From NCBI GenBank assembly GCA_976551045.1, contig CDPCPM010000007.1:13640001-13704000 (forward strand): a stretch of 64,000 nucleotides of DNA. The letters are read 5' to 3'. This document shows positions 22,923 through 36,040 of the stretch, piece after piece (the first letter of the stretch is position 1; every line of letters begins with the position of its first letter). Source of the stretch: Glaucostegus cemiculus. Lineage: Eukaryota. Position numbers and translations under genes: made by a program. A model generated the notes under the pieces. It saw only the letters and a list, made by a program, of their open reading frames with translations. It was not told the DNA's origin and ran no database searches.

Positions 22923-23400
22923 CAACTTGCAACATCACACTTACTGCCGTTGGCAACGCTACTGCCCACGATGAGGCTGAACTGCCCGAACTTGGCCTTA
23001 GCTAGCAAGCGTTCTTAGTAGCTGGTGATCAAAAAATACAACTCTCTTTGAAGTAATTCAAAACCAAAACTAATACGGATGCTGCAAAATCCTTTCAGGT
23101 GAATGATTATCATTCGAAAAAGATAACTCACATTCTCTCTCCACAGACGGTGAGTTTTTAAGAATGAAGCCACGAAGTGGGCGGTTCCAAACCGTCTGTC
23201 AAGCAAGAGGTCCTGTCCCCTGGTCACCCCGGGCTGGTGCTGCGGCCGGAGACGGCGCCGCCCCGGGGTCACATGCACGGCCCTGCCCCGAGCGCCAACC
23301 GCGGGATTGCAAACGCGCCTCCGGTTTTCACACTTGGCTGACAGATTGAAGTCCATGAGATGCTTTGCTGAAGAAATTCTCTGCTGCTTTGCTTTTTGCC
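22920..23400 (+). promoter_or_regulatory. CpG-rich promoter region of CPA6
   Basis: GC/CpG-rich stretch (core ~23215-23325, e.g. gcggccggagacggcgccgccccgggg) in an otherwise AT-rich, CpG-poor sequence, 200-300 bp upstream of the CPA6 ATG. Confidence 0.7.
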
Positions 23401-23517
23401 GTTGTAGATTTGCTTTGCTGCTAAAAATTAAGAATTCAAGCGGGGAAATATCTCTGTTGCAAAGTAATTATTAGATATTTATCTTTTAAAAGTACTTTTC
23501 GCCCCGTTCCCATCCAC

Positions 23518-23618
23518 ATGGAGGGAAATGTACGCATTATAGCAGCTGCTTTAATATTCGCTTCTGTGAATTTGCGAGGTGTCGTACAAACCTTCCTTTA
23601 TAATAATCGGTATGAAGG
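23518..23618 (+). CDS. CPA6: Carboxypeptidase A6, coding exon 1 (signal peptide)
   Basis: ATG at 23518 gives MEGNVRIIAAALIFASVNLRGVVQTFLYNNRYEG: a hydrophobic signal peptide plus the LYNNRY motif typical of CPA6. Donor GG|gtaagt, phase 2. Confidence 0.88.
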
Positions 23619-24769
23619 GTAAGTTTCATTGTCAGATTATGTAGTTAAAGTTGTTCAGCTGTCTCCGATTTATTACATTATCCACAGGTGGCAACTTTTC
23701 TGACGTGCGATGGCTTCGTGAACGTGTATGTGGTCAGTAGGTGGAAATGAAAATTAGTCTCCGTAATTTAAACATCATGAATGGCTGTAACTAATTGTTA
23801 TGGCAGTTTGATCCAGCAGTTTAGATACTGTCTTGAGTTAGGGGAAAGTAAAGGTTTTGCTTTACTGTCTTCGGGACTTTTGATTATTTTGCTGGCTCAA
23901 AATCTGGAATGTAGTCATGTTGTTTTATGGAGCTTTTTTACTCGGTTTGGGGCTTTTTCTGTCAGCAATAAATACGTCAAAATCTGCACCAGCGGTGCTT
24001 GTAGGGAAACTGGACTTTTGATCACTCGGAATTCTTACTTTAATAACTGGAGAGGGGACACGTAAGTGCATCGGCCATATCCTTTACATTGTCACCAAAT
24101 GGAAATGTATGTCCAACCTTTTCAACTGAAAAACGTTTTACAGTTTACACAATGATGTGGAGCAATGACAGGACGCAATAATGCAAGAAAATATTGGTTT
24201 GCTCCATTCTAATCGTGGAAAGTATGAAAATAAAGAAAGCTTGTACCTAAGAATGTGGGTCCCATATATAAACCGCTGTAGAGTATTGGCTGTAACTGAG
24301 ATCAGAATAAGTAAACGGTAACAGCCAAACACAAACAAAAATATTAATAATAGTCTGACTATGCTCAGTGAGTCCTTAACCTTTAACAAAGTGTGTTATA
24401 GACATATCACACAAAATATGCAGCACTCAAACAAAGAGTACGTGTGATTTATTCAAAGGGCTTTTATTCACAGTTTTTTTAAAGCACCATTGCAATCCAA
24501 AAAGCAGCCAGTTACATGACTCAGTCCTCAAGGAATGAAGTCTTAGAGCAACAACTGTCTTAACATATGATATTCTTTCCAAAATGAAAATAAACTGATT
24601 TAACATATTTACATATTTTACACATTTAACTGAGCCACTGGTTTCTGCATGGTCTATGAGCTTCACAGTGGTGCAGATATTACCTGTACTGAAGTTTAGA
24701 ATCACCAGGTATGATATCACCCATCTCTGGACTTAAACCATGTTTTCTCATTTTGACACACTTCCAAAT

Positions 24770-26045
24770 CGTAAATTGGTTTATTATTATCACGTGTACC
24801 AAGGTAGAGTGGAAAACTTGTATACCATTCATACAGATCAATTCATTACAACAGTGCATTGAGGTAGATCAAGGTAAAACAATAACAGAGTGCAGAATTA
24901 AGTGTTACAGTTACAGAGAAAGTGCAGTACAGGTAGACAAGGTGCAAGGTCATAAAAAGGTAGATTGTGAGGTCAAGAATCCCCAGGGAATATTGTACTA
25001 GGGACCTAATAATGTGGGTCTTATAACAGCAGGATAAAAGCTGTCCTTGAGTCTGGCAGTATGTGCTTCAGGTTTTTGTATCTTCTGCCCAATGGGAGGG
25101 GGAGAAGAGAGAATGTCTGGAGTGGGTGGGATCTTTGATTATGTTGGCTGCTTTACCAAGGCAATGAGAAGTATGGGCAGAGTCTATGGAGGGGAGGCTG
25201 GCTTCCATGATATGCTGAGCTGTGTCCACCAGCTCTCTGTAGATTCTTGTGTCAAGGCAGAGCAGTTGCCATAGCAAACTGTGTTGCTTTCTATTAATTT
25301 AATTTTTCTTAATTTTTTAAACATTTTATTTACAGCATGGTAACAGGCCCTTTAGGCCCTCCGAGTCCACGCCACCCATTTTAAACCCCCAAATTAACCT
25401 ACCTGTACGTCTTTCAGAATGTGGGAGGAAACTGGAGCACCTGGAGGAAACCCACGCAGACACCGGAGAACGTACAAACTCCTTCCTGACAGCGACGGGA
25501 ATCGAACCCCGATCGCTGGCGCTGTAACAGCGTCGCACTAACCGCTACGCTATTGTGCATCAATAAAAATTGGTGAGGGTCAAAGGGGACATGCCAAATT
25601 TCTTTAGCCTTCTGAGGAAGTAGAGGAGCTGGTGAGCTTTCTTGGCTTTGGTGTTTATGTGGTTGGACCAGGACAGGCTATTGGTGATGTTCACTCCTAG
25701 GAACTTGAAACTCTTAACGCTCTCAACTTCAGCACTGTTGATGTAAACAGGAGCATGTGTACTGCCCACCTTCCTGAAGTCAATGACTAGCTGCTTTGTT
25801 TTGCTGACATTGAGGGAAAGGTTGTTATGACACCATGTCATTAGGCTCTCTATCTCTTTCCTGTACTCCGATTCGCATGGCCCAGTATGGTGGTATCATC
25901 TACAAACTTGAAGATGGAGTTAGAGCAGAGCAGAGTCATGAGTGTACAGGGAGCAGAGTAGGAGGCTGAGGATGCAGCTTTGTGGGGTACCAGTGTTGAG
26001 GATAGTCATGGTGGAGGTGTTGCTGCCTATCCTTGCTGATTGGTC
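24770..26045 (-). mobile_element. Rex1/Babar-like LINE fragment (interrupted by a SINE)
   Basis: WCHNNLSLNVSKTKQLVIDFRK..FKFLGVNITNSLSW..LYFLRRLKK; AANIIKDPTH. Confidence 0.85.
25296..25552 (-). mobile_element. Young V-SINE nested in the Rex1-like LINE
   Basis: CpG-rich tRNA-like head (TAGCGTAGCGG..GGTTCGATTCC), V-domain, CR1-like 3' end and A-rich tail; ctatt on both sides (25291-95, 25550-54). Confidence 0.85.
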
Positions 26046-27879
26046 AGGTATATTGACTCCTCTCAAACAATGGTTCGATTCACTTCAGAAACGCCTTCAA
26101 TCTTTTGGTTTTCTCCTAGTTATTGTTATGATGGAAGATTACAGGTTCCAATATTTTATTCAATCATCTCCTCTCTGACCTGTTATGGGGATATTTCTCA
26201 CAGTGTGAATTCTGCAATGCAGACTGAACATCTTTTCCTTGAGGCTTGTGTTGTGATACTTACCTGGTTTAATTGTCCCTCCATTTTAACTCCAAGACTC
26301 AACTGCGTGCTAAATCCTCTGTTAACAATTCAGCAGGAGTATATCTGGCTGTGTGGTGCAGCACCTCCTATAGCTAAGGAGAAATGCTGAAAGTTGGTGT
26401 TTCATAAGAAATTCAATCAAGCTTTCCCAATCGGTTTCTTCAAAGCCTTCTTTACTGTTTCCCCATTTGAAGCTTTCCTCCAGAGAAGTAAAATGGTATT
26501 TTATTTTATTGCTTTTCATGAATCCTTCAAACTGGACCAATCAAAAATGTGGACTGTTACCTGATATAACTTCTTTGTCAAGTCCTCAAATACTTTGAGA
26601 TGTAACAACTGTGAAGTGGCTGTCCAAGTATTCCATGGATTGCAATTGTCTTTGAGGTACTCTTTTTTTTAATACTACCAGCCACACTTGATCTTTGTGA
26701 GGCAAAGGTAGATTTTAATTATTTAATTCTATGGCAGTTTCTCACCATTTCAATTGGCTATACGTTGGTATTCGGAAATCGTTCACTCCTTTTTCAGAAT
26801 ATTCAATATAGATTTTGAAAGCCACTTTCAGGCCTATGTATCCCCTAAATATGTATTCATAAACTAGCTTCAAAGGAGGGTTTTTCTGTGCTCCAGTTAT
26901 TCCAACTGCTGTGATGGGGAAATCATTGCCTACCACCTGCAGAGTACAAATCTTGCTTTCTTTCTTTGTTGTGCGTTCTTCAAAAGGTAGTCTCAACAAG
27001 ACAGCTGTTTTATTTTGGATGCTCTGTGCTTAGTATCAGTGTTGTAGCTTGACACGCCTATGCATTTTTTATTTCACTGTGGTGAGACTAGCAGTCCCAA
27101 ATTTACCATCAGTGAATTTCAGTCAGTTACTTGTATGAATGGTTTTCCCAACAAGAGCTGCAGAAATTGTCTCTACACACCTCCTCTATTTGATGATAAT
27201 GATGTCTCTAACTTCCTGTTTAATTGGCTTCAGCCCATTGTCTACCTTTTTATTTGAGATTTATTTAATTAACCAATTTTAAAAATTTCCACCTGCTGTG
27301 ATAGGATTTAAACTCATGTTTCTAGTTCAGTAACCAAAGCAAGATCCCCTGCATGTCACAAAGCATTCTGACAAGGAAATATATCACTGGGTCAAAATTC
27401 TTGAACTCCCTACCTAACAGCAATATGAGAATTCAACATACTGCTCACATTCCCTGAAATAATTTTAAAAATGTGACTTGGAAAAAATAACATAAACAAA
27501 TCAGATGATTTGTGATAGTCTTCTCAAATATGGAGTTGCAGTGTACTACTATGCTTACTACTATGGATTGCAGTAGTTTTTGGCAGTTCAGAAAATTCTC
27601 ATTTTCTAGACCGCCAGTCACACTTGATATTTGTGAGGCAAATATAACTGCAGTAACTGGTATGCGTTGGAATGCTCACTGAATCATTTTTACTCTCAGC
27701 AATTTAAGTGGTCTGTTTTGAAACCTGAGTGGTATAATGGGATTTTTTACATTACTATTTACAGTAGATATAGTGATAATAAAAATTCTAACTCAAAATA
27801 TTGTTCAGACAATAAGCATTTATTATTAAGTTTGGTTATCTTGCATGCTTAATGAGATAAACTTGTTTAATTTACGTAG

Positions 27880-27955
27880 AGATCAAGTAATTCGATTAAT
27901 TCCAAAAACTGAACAGGAAGTGGAAGCGCTAAAAACCATCAGTGAACAGGTCAAA
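27880..27955 (+). CDS. CPA6: CPA6 exon 2 (prodomain)
   Basis: tag|A GAT CAA...: DQVIRLIPKTEQEVEALKTISEQVK, donor gtgggt; 76 nt, phase compatible with exon 1. Confidence 0.92.
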
Positions 27956-29774
27956 GTGGGTAATCTTTTATATTCCATTTGTCATTAAAGAAAAATATCA
28001 ACATTCAATATTGATATTGTATTTCTAATATTGAGTAATGAGTCAAAAGTCAAATCTGATAACAGAGTTCATCTTAAGTACATGAATATATGTTCTATAA
28101 AGTTTTATAATCAGGAATAAAGTAACAACAATAACTTTTGAGATTCTAGTCCATTACTTATTGGACCAGACATGCTAGCGGTAAAAATTCACTGATTGCT
28201 TGCAGGAAACGTACATATGTAATAAAGCTAGCAGTCATATTCTGCATGCTCTGTTTATGAAATTTGCTTTTATTGAATGTATTTGCTTTTATTAATGTAG
28301 CTGAATTTTTTAAGCAGTTCCATTGCTATTAATTATGTATGTTTTTTTGCAAACAATGAAGAACAAATTTCTTGCCCTCTGAGCTTAGAACATGGATAAC
28401 AAAACAGGTTTAGAGGATGAGATATAATTTAAGGGGAAATGATCAGAATTTTGTTCCAGTGTTAATGTTTTGCATTCTGCTTTTTTTCCAATTACATTCC
28501 TTATATTATTGATAGTTTGCCTCTGGTATCTGATGATAAGTGCTGTTTACAGATTTAGAAGAGAAAGAGTGAATGATTGAAACAAGCAGTGTAATGGGGG
28601 TGGGAAGTAAAGAAAAGCAAGGAGGGGAACAAAAAGGTAATTAGCAAGGTGACAGGATAGCTGGCAAGAAGTTGTAGATCTGAATTTCTATTGCATCAAC
28701 TTTGATAGGATAAGATTCAATATGACATGTGAACATTGGTGACTTCCATTATAAATATGAACATAAATTTATGTGAGGCATAAAATTTTAAGAGGTGGGA
28801 ATTTTTGTTCCAATTATGAAAAGACATGGTTGAATTCCATCTTCCTTGTGCATTAATTTACAGGCATCAAATCTCAAATCAAAACTTTTTTGGTAAAACT
28901 CACCAGAATGATGTGTAGAGGTAGCAAAATTTGATAAGGGAGAAACTCAATTTTTCAATAAACTTTTTAAACACTTCACAGACGATGATATAAAAGTTAG
29001 GAGAAATGTGATTAAGGTAGACGCAAAAGCTCTTTTATATATAAAAAAGTCCATGGGAATTTTAAAATTAGGGAATTAGACATCAAACATTTGAAAAATA
29101 CTTTTTTAGTGTTGTTGCCATAATTATGACTAAATACACCATTCTCCTTGAAAACATTGTCATCCATTTTGTCATTTAATCTCACTGCTTTCTATCCATT
29201 ACTGACCTTGCATTTTGTCTTGTCTTCTCCTCCTCTCTTTCATTGCATCTTAAAAGTTGTTATTTTGATGAAAGGTCATCAACCTGAAATAGTTTCTCTC
29301 TACACTGATGTTGACTGAATTTCCAGCATTTTCCATTAATATTCATGTCTGGACATATTAGAAGCACAGCTGGCAGTGACACCCAGAGATAAAAAGAACC
29401 TGATATGCATAAGATGTATTAAGTTGCACATCACCACATAAACTGCATAAGAGTGCTGACATGAGCTTTTGGATAGTGTATTGCATCAGTTCTCAACAGA
29501 ATGATTATGGTGCTCCTGGTTTATTCCAATTTTGCACAGCAGTTGGATGTTGTCTTCCCCTCAATGGGAAATTGCAGTTTTTTCTCAATTATTGATATGG
29601 GTTGATCATGGATGGCTTGTGTGGAAGAGCAACAAGTCAGCAGTTCAATTACACTGTACAACCAGGCAAGGTTTTCCATACTGAGAAACTTTCATTCCAC
29701 TTGAAATCTCCAGTTAATATAAATATGTAAATCTCTGGATTACCTTTCAAGAAGTTTCATTGCACATCCAAACA

Positions 29775-30430
29775 TATAAAACATAGAATGGTACAGCACA
29801 GTACAGGCCTTTGGCCCATCATGTTATGCTGACCTATATAAACACCTGTTCCCTGATCAATCTAACCCTTCCCTCCTACACAGCCATAACCTTCCATTTT
29901 ACTTACTTCTATGTGCCTATCTAAAAGTCTTTTAAATGTCCCTATTGTATCAGCCTCTACCACCACCCCTGGCAGTGCATTCCAGGCATCCCCTGCTCTG
30001 TAAAAACAAAACCTACATCTGACATTTCCCTTAAACTTTCCTCCTCTGACCTTAGACTGATGACCTCTGGTATTGGCTATTGCCACCCTGGGGAAAAAGG
30101 TGCTGGCTATCCACTCTGTCTATACCCCACATAATCTTATCAAGTCGCCTCTGATTCTGCTTCGCTCCAAAGTGAAAACCCCTAGCTCACTCAAATTTTC
30201 CTCTTAAGACATGTTCTCTAATTCAGGCAGCAGCCTGGTAAATCTCCTCTGTATCCTCTCTAAAGCTTACATGTCCCTGTCATGATGTGACCAGAATGGA
30301 ACTCAATATTCTAAGTGTGGTCTAACCAGAGTTTTATGGAGCTGCAACAGTACTTCATGGCTCTTGAGCACAGTCCCCCAACTAATGAAGGCCAGCACAT
30401 CATATGCCTTCTTAACCGCCCTATCAACTT
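29775..30430 (-). mobile_element. 5'-truncated CR1 LINE
   Basis: TRGHQSKVRGGKFKG..AWNALPGVVVEADT..FKRLLDRH; tail aacatagaa. Confidence 0.88.
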
Positions 30431-31269
30431 GTTCTGTATCAATATGACCAATTTCTCCTTTATCTTGCTATCCTTGCCAGCAGAATGGGCAAACAAAATA
30501 CAAGATAAAATAACTATTTTATTCATTGACGAAAATAAAGATGAATATATCTTTAGCTCAAAAATAGATTTAAAGGAATTTCTAAAGTAAGCTAATCTGT
30601 TCCATTACTCTAGCATATTTTCAATTGCCTCTAGGCATTTTAGAAATAATTTGTTTGTGAATTTTTGCTGTCTGCAGGTTCTGCATACACATCTTTTGAT
30701 TGCAGAAATATGAAATTGAACTTCCTATTTTCTGTGACACTGGCAGTAAAAATACCTCATATTTGAAGTGCTAATGGGTAAGAACATTAGTTAAGAGGCA
30801 TCATAGGCCCTATAGTCCCTTGAGCTTGTCACACCATTCAGTAAAATCACAGCTCATCTGGCTATTGGCTTTCACTCCACTTTCTTGCCTGATTTTCCCC
30901 AAAACCTTAATTCCCCTTTTGTCTAAATATATCTGCACAGCCTTCAATGTACTTTATGACTCTGCATCCTGGGCTTTCCTGGGTAGAAAATTCCAAAGAT
31001 TCATAACCCTGTGAAAGAAGAAATTTCTGCTTCTCTCACTATTAAAAAAGCAAATCTTTATCCTAAACTCCCCCGGTAGAGGAAATATTGTCAAACCATC
31101 AGACCTATCAAACATGAATGTATCAATAAGATGCGTTCTTCTAAACTCTGGGCATTTTCATTTGTAATTATGGTGAGTGGATAATTTGTATTGGTTGGGA
31201 GGAGAGTGGGTAAGGACACAAATGTGGGAAATAGAAAAGACGTGATTATATGTAAAATATGATAGAGGG

Positions 31270-31520
31270 GAGACCATAAGAAAGATATATCAGAGGCACT
31301 GATGTGGAAAATGTCATCATCAGAACAGATACAATGGTTTGGAGAAACTGGGAGAATGAAATGGAGTCCTTACAGGAAGTAGGGTGGGAGGAGGTGTGGA
31401 GTTAACCTATTCCCGGGGCTGGAGGTGGAGATGTCAGGGAAGGGAACAGTCAGATATGCACCATATGAAAGTGAGAGCAGGGTGGAAATGAGCAGCAAAT
31501 CTAATGAAACATTACCCACA
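31270..31520 (-). mobile_element. Penelope-like RT remnant
   Basis: The reverse strand reads HTSSHPTSCKDSISFSQFL, a PLE RT C-terminal motif. Confidence 0.6.
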
Positions 31521-31789
31521 GGTTCCTTGTGTAAGAAGTTCTTGGAAACCATTCAAGCTTACAGTTTAGTGTTCCTGGCAAGAGGTTGCCAGAGAGGTCT
31601 CTGTTACATGATATGACAGGAATGTAATCTGTGATTGCACTACTATTTGGAGAAGCATGTAATGTTGACACAGCCTTTGTGTCCGCTCTTCTTGATCCTG
31701 TGGAATGAAGGAAAATTAAGTGAAGTCTTCTTTCCTTGAGTATGGAGCTTGGGTGACCTCCCTAATCCAGCAGTGACTGCATTTTTACA

Positions 31790-32670
31790 TGTTTATTCAT
31801 TTTGGGGGGTGGGGGTGGGATTTGGGTGTCACTAGCAAGATGGCAAGTTCTCCTTGGGAAGGTAGCATTAAGTAACCTGCTTGAACTGCTGCCGTTCTCC
31901 TGGTAAAGGTTCTTGAACAATGCTGTTAGGTGGTGAGTTCCTGGATTTGGACCCAGCGATAATTATAGTGATATAGTTTCAAATCAGGATCATATGCTGC
32001 CTGAAAGGGCACCTTCAGGTGGTGGTGGTTCTATTCACCTGTTGCCCTTGTCATCTTTGGTGGTAGTAGATACAGATTAGGAAGATGCCATTGGAATGGT
32101 CTATGTAAGTAATTATACCTTTTCTAAATTGTACACACTTCAGCCACTGCAGTAATGTGGTGCAATGGAATGAATGTTTACAATGGTGACTGGAATGCCA
32201 GTCAAGTAGGCTACATTGTCTAGACTGATAGTGAACTTCTTAAATGTTGTTAAAGCTCACTGAAAGATACCCAGCCTCTGACCTGCTCTTTTAGCCACAG
32301 TATTGTGTTTATTCCAAGTGAGTTTCTGGTTAATGATGACCCTAGGATGTTGATGTTAGGAGATTCAGTAATGGTTGATGCTACTGAATGTCAAGGATAT
32401 GTGTTAGACCTTTCCTCGTTAGAGATGATCATTACCTGGTACTTTTGTGGTTGAAATGTTACTAGTGATTTATCATGATTTATCAGCCCTTGCCCAAGTG
32501 TTATGTAGCTTTACTGTATATAGGCATGGACTGCTTCATTTTCTGATGAGTTGCAGATAGAATGAAATATTATGCCATCATCAGCAAGGGTCTTCACGAC
32601 TAGCCTTATGATCAAGTGAAGGAGATTACTGAGGCTGCTGAAGATGGTTGGGCCTAGGACATTGCCCTTG
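31790..32670 (-). mobile_element. Old CR1-clade LINE fragment (second family)
   Basis: NVLGPTIFSSLSNLLHLIIRLVVKTLADDGIIFHSICNSSENEAVHA, a degenerate RT core. Confidence 0.7.
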
Positions 32671-32674
32671 ATAT

Positions 32675-32985
32675 AAAATCTATTTATTTTTGTGTCATCA
32701 GCAAATTTTGTCATCATACCAATGGTCCCTTCATCCAAGTCAATATATAAAGTGTAAAAAGTTGAGAGCCGAGCACTAATCTCTACCACACACTAGTCAT
32801 ACATTGCCAACCAGAAAAGACCCATTTATACCTACTGTTTTCTATTAGCCAGTCTATCTTCTATCCAAACCAATATATTACCATTACACTATATGCTTTT
32901 ATTTTTTTTGTCGTAATCTTTGATGCAGCACCTTATCTGGGAATTTTAGTACATCCACAGCTTACTCTTTATCCACAGCACATGT
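32675..32985 (-). mobile_element. CR1 RT fragment
   Basis: FYTLYIDLDEGTIGMMTKFADDTKI. Confidence 0.7.
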
Positions 32986-33700
32986 TTCTGTTGCATTGGG
33001 TGGAACAAGTCCTGAAAGCCAATTTTAAATAACTAATACTTTGAGCCATCTTTACTTGCTGATCTTGCTTGTGTTACTTCAAATTTTCTAAAAAGTAAAG
33101 ATCCTGAAAAATAGAATCTGCTATGCTCACTGAATAGCTCCATAAACTGACTAATTCCACATAGTAGCTTCTACTGTGGTGCTTTATGGGGACGTGAACT
33201 GAAAAAAGATGTGTGAGTGCAACAAATGTTTTAAAGCTATCCACTGCCTGTTAATTACTAGCAAATCAAAAGCAACATTGATAGGTCTTTTCAGCCTATC
33301 TCTGTCATGCTTGTTTGCTCGCAAAGGAAATCATCAGAATATTCGCATAAATTTTGACCACTGCATTATTTTAGCTAACAAAATTACCATGCTTCATTGG
33401 ACAAATCAGCATTTATGGTAACTAATCTTAAACTCCAACCTCTTTGCAATAAAGGCCAACATGCTGTTTGCCTTCTTCAGTATCTATTGAAATTAAAGGG
33501 ATGGACAATGAACTGCTGAACTGGCAATTATTATTTCAATGGAAGCGATTGAGTTAAATCAGTTGTTTTACAAGAGGCTCATTTAATTTCGTTAAAACAT
33601 CATTAACTGTTACTAAATTATAGTGCATAAGTGCAGAACTTTTATATAATAATTCAAATAAATGCAAATAAAGTCACAGGTTTGTTATTTCTCTTTCCAG

Positions 33701-33825
33701 GTGGATTTGTGGCAACCTAGCAGTATTGCTTCTATTAAACCTGGTGGTATAGTGGATATACATGTACCTAGTAACAGCTCACAACAGTTCTTCCAGTCAC
33801 TTCTTCAAACTGGCATTACATTTAA
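33701..33825 (+). CDS. CPA6: CPA6 exon 3 (prodomain)
   Basis: ttccag|VDLWQPSSIASIKPGGIVDIHVPSNSSQQFFQSLLQTGITF(K)|gtaagt; 125 nt. Confidence 0.93.
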
Positions 33826-35759
33826 GTAAGTTTATAATTTAGATGGTGGTTAATAATTAATTAAGTGGTGTTATGGTTAATGTTTATTATACAAATTAAT
33901 TATTACTGTCAAAGTATTTGGACTTAAAAGGTGTCTTAAAAGATGTTTGTGTCCAGTATAGGTGGAGCAAGTGATTGTGTTCTAATATTTCTCTATAATC
34001 AGTTGCTAGAAGGTGGACTGAATGATCCGATTTGATTGTACTGCAAATCTCCTTCATTTTCACATGGAACCGGTACTTCACCTAGCCTTGGTGCTTCCTT
34101 GGTTATCTATCTGGATTAGGACCTTGCTGAGTGGGAGCATTTGGCCAGAGTACAAAGTATCCATCACCTTTTCAGTTTACCACATCCCCACTAAGCTGTT
34201 GGCTGCCTAACTTCCCTTCCTGGCTACTATGCTTACTGTCTCTGTAATTGGTTTATTCTCAGTTCTTTGGCTTCTGTCTCTGCTTCTTTTGAAATTGCCA
34301 TAATCACTCCTCCCTTCCAAAATTTTATACTTACCCTGCCCTCTTCTGGATAACTACTGCATCATCTCAAACTTCACTCCAGCAGCACGATATCGATGCT
34401 TGTTTCGAACCTATGATAGAGATACAAGACCACTGCAAATCTCCCAAAACCAACACTGCTTGAAGCTGTCTTCCATCCTTCATGGGAGATCATGCACAGT
34501 TGCAGGATCCACTGATAAGGTAAGGCCAGAATAAACCTTCTCCAAAAATACTGAAAATACTTTGGAAGTGGGCTTATCCATGTGTTGAAGTTCTTAAAAT
34601 TCAGACTTTTTAAACTCTTTCAACAGGATATGAATATTGCTAGCAATACCAGCAATTTTTTTAGGCTATCCCAGGACTTGTATGGCAGTTTAAAAGTCAA
34701 CCATGTTGGTGTTTTGTAAAAAGTCCAAATTGAGTAGGTCCAAAACTGAAGCCTGAATTATATCTAGATCTGGCTGCATGCTTCATTTGCTGAAGAGTTG
34801 CAAATTGAATTGAACATGATGCAACCATTGGCAAACCTGCCCACTTCTGACCTTGTGATAGAAGGAAGGTCTTTGAAGCAGATGAAGATGTTAATGTCTA
34901 GGGCACTGTCCCAGGGAGTTCTTGAGATGACATCCTGGGGCTAGGATGTTCGACCTCCTAAAAGGCAACCATCTTCCTTTTGCCCAAGGTTTGACTCCAG
35001 CCATTAGAAGTCTTTCCCTATTGCCCATTGTTTTTAAGTTTTACCACACTTTGTTAAATTCTGTCTTGAGTTTTGGGTCAGTCATTCTTGCTTCAGTTCC
35101 GGAAATTCAACTCTTTGGTTCCTGTTTGTACTGAGACTGTGATGAGGTTTGGAGCCTTAGTCCTGAGAGAACCCAAATTGGGTAACAGTAAGAAGGTAGT
35201 TGGCAAGTAAATATGACTTGATAAACCTGTCAACAACACCTTTGATAGTTGAGAGCAGACTATAATTATCTGGACTGAATTTGTTCTGCATCTCTCAACA
35301 GTATATAACTTTACAAAATTTCACATTATCAGAAATGTGCTAGTAATATAACTGTACTGGAACAATCTGGGGAGTTCTGGATTACTTGTTTTCTTCGCCA
35401 CAGATATAGGGATGTGTTGTCCTGTAGTCTTAATCCAGTGCCCTCAGTTATCGTGGGAGGTGTAAGGAGGAACCTGAGATGAATCATTTACTCAGCAATT
35501 CTGATTGAATATGATTCAAATGCTTCAGAGGTCTTCAACAATCACTTGCAGGATCCTGCTTGCATTAAGTATAGGGATGTTCTTGGAGCTTCCTATTTCT
35601 CCTCCCGCTTCCTAGTAGCTGTTTAATTGTCCAACACCAGTTACCAGTACATGTCAAAGAACAGCAGACTTTTAATTTGATCCTGTGGTTGTGAGATTGC
35701 TTAGCTTTGTCTGTCGCATGCTGATTTTTTTTTTCTTAATCTCTTTAGCCCTGCATTGC

Positions 35760-36040
35760 AGTTCACTTGGCTGGATTCAATCCTAATTTCTAGTACCATC
35801 CGTGTGGAGTTCTCCTCACAGATATGTTGGTTTCCACCAGGTGCTTTGCTTTTCCTTCACAGTGCAAAGATGTACTCGTGGGTTAATTGATTACTGTAAA
35901 TTACCCCTTTGCATAGGTAAGAACCAGAGGGAAGTTGATGATATGTGAGAGAAAATATCTAACTCGGGAATGGGACTGGGGATTGCTCTGCTTGGTGTAT
36001 CACACGATGGGCTGCATGATTTTCCTTTGTGCTGTAATAA
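35760..36040 (+). mobile_element. V-SINE-like SINE, degenerate
   Basis: ggattcaatcc B-box; ggtttccaccaggtgctttgcttttccttcac core; ctgtaaattacccc. Confidence 0.55.

Noticed and set aside
22676-23008. 110-aa minus-strand ORF near the promoter as a domesticated gene
   Set aside because: Chimeric read-through of unique sequence, a CR1 fragment and a Rex1 fragment, with no ATG start.
23015-23356. ORFs across the CpG island (23015..23356-, 23164..23349+)
   Set aside because: Expected by chance in GC-rich, stop-poor sequence; no domain similarity.
25490-25552. tRNA gene
   Set aside because: The A/B boxes belong to a SINE head followed by a V-domain and LINE-like tail; there is no complete cloverleaf.
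32511-32789. ORF with two ADD motifs suggesting a double RT
   Set aside because: Chance in-frame junction of two different decayed LINE fragments.
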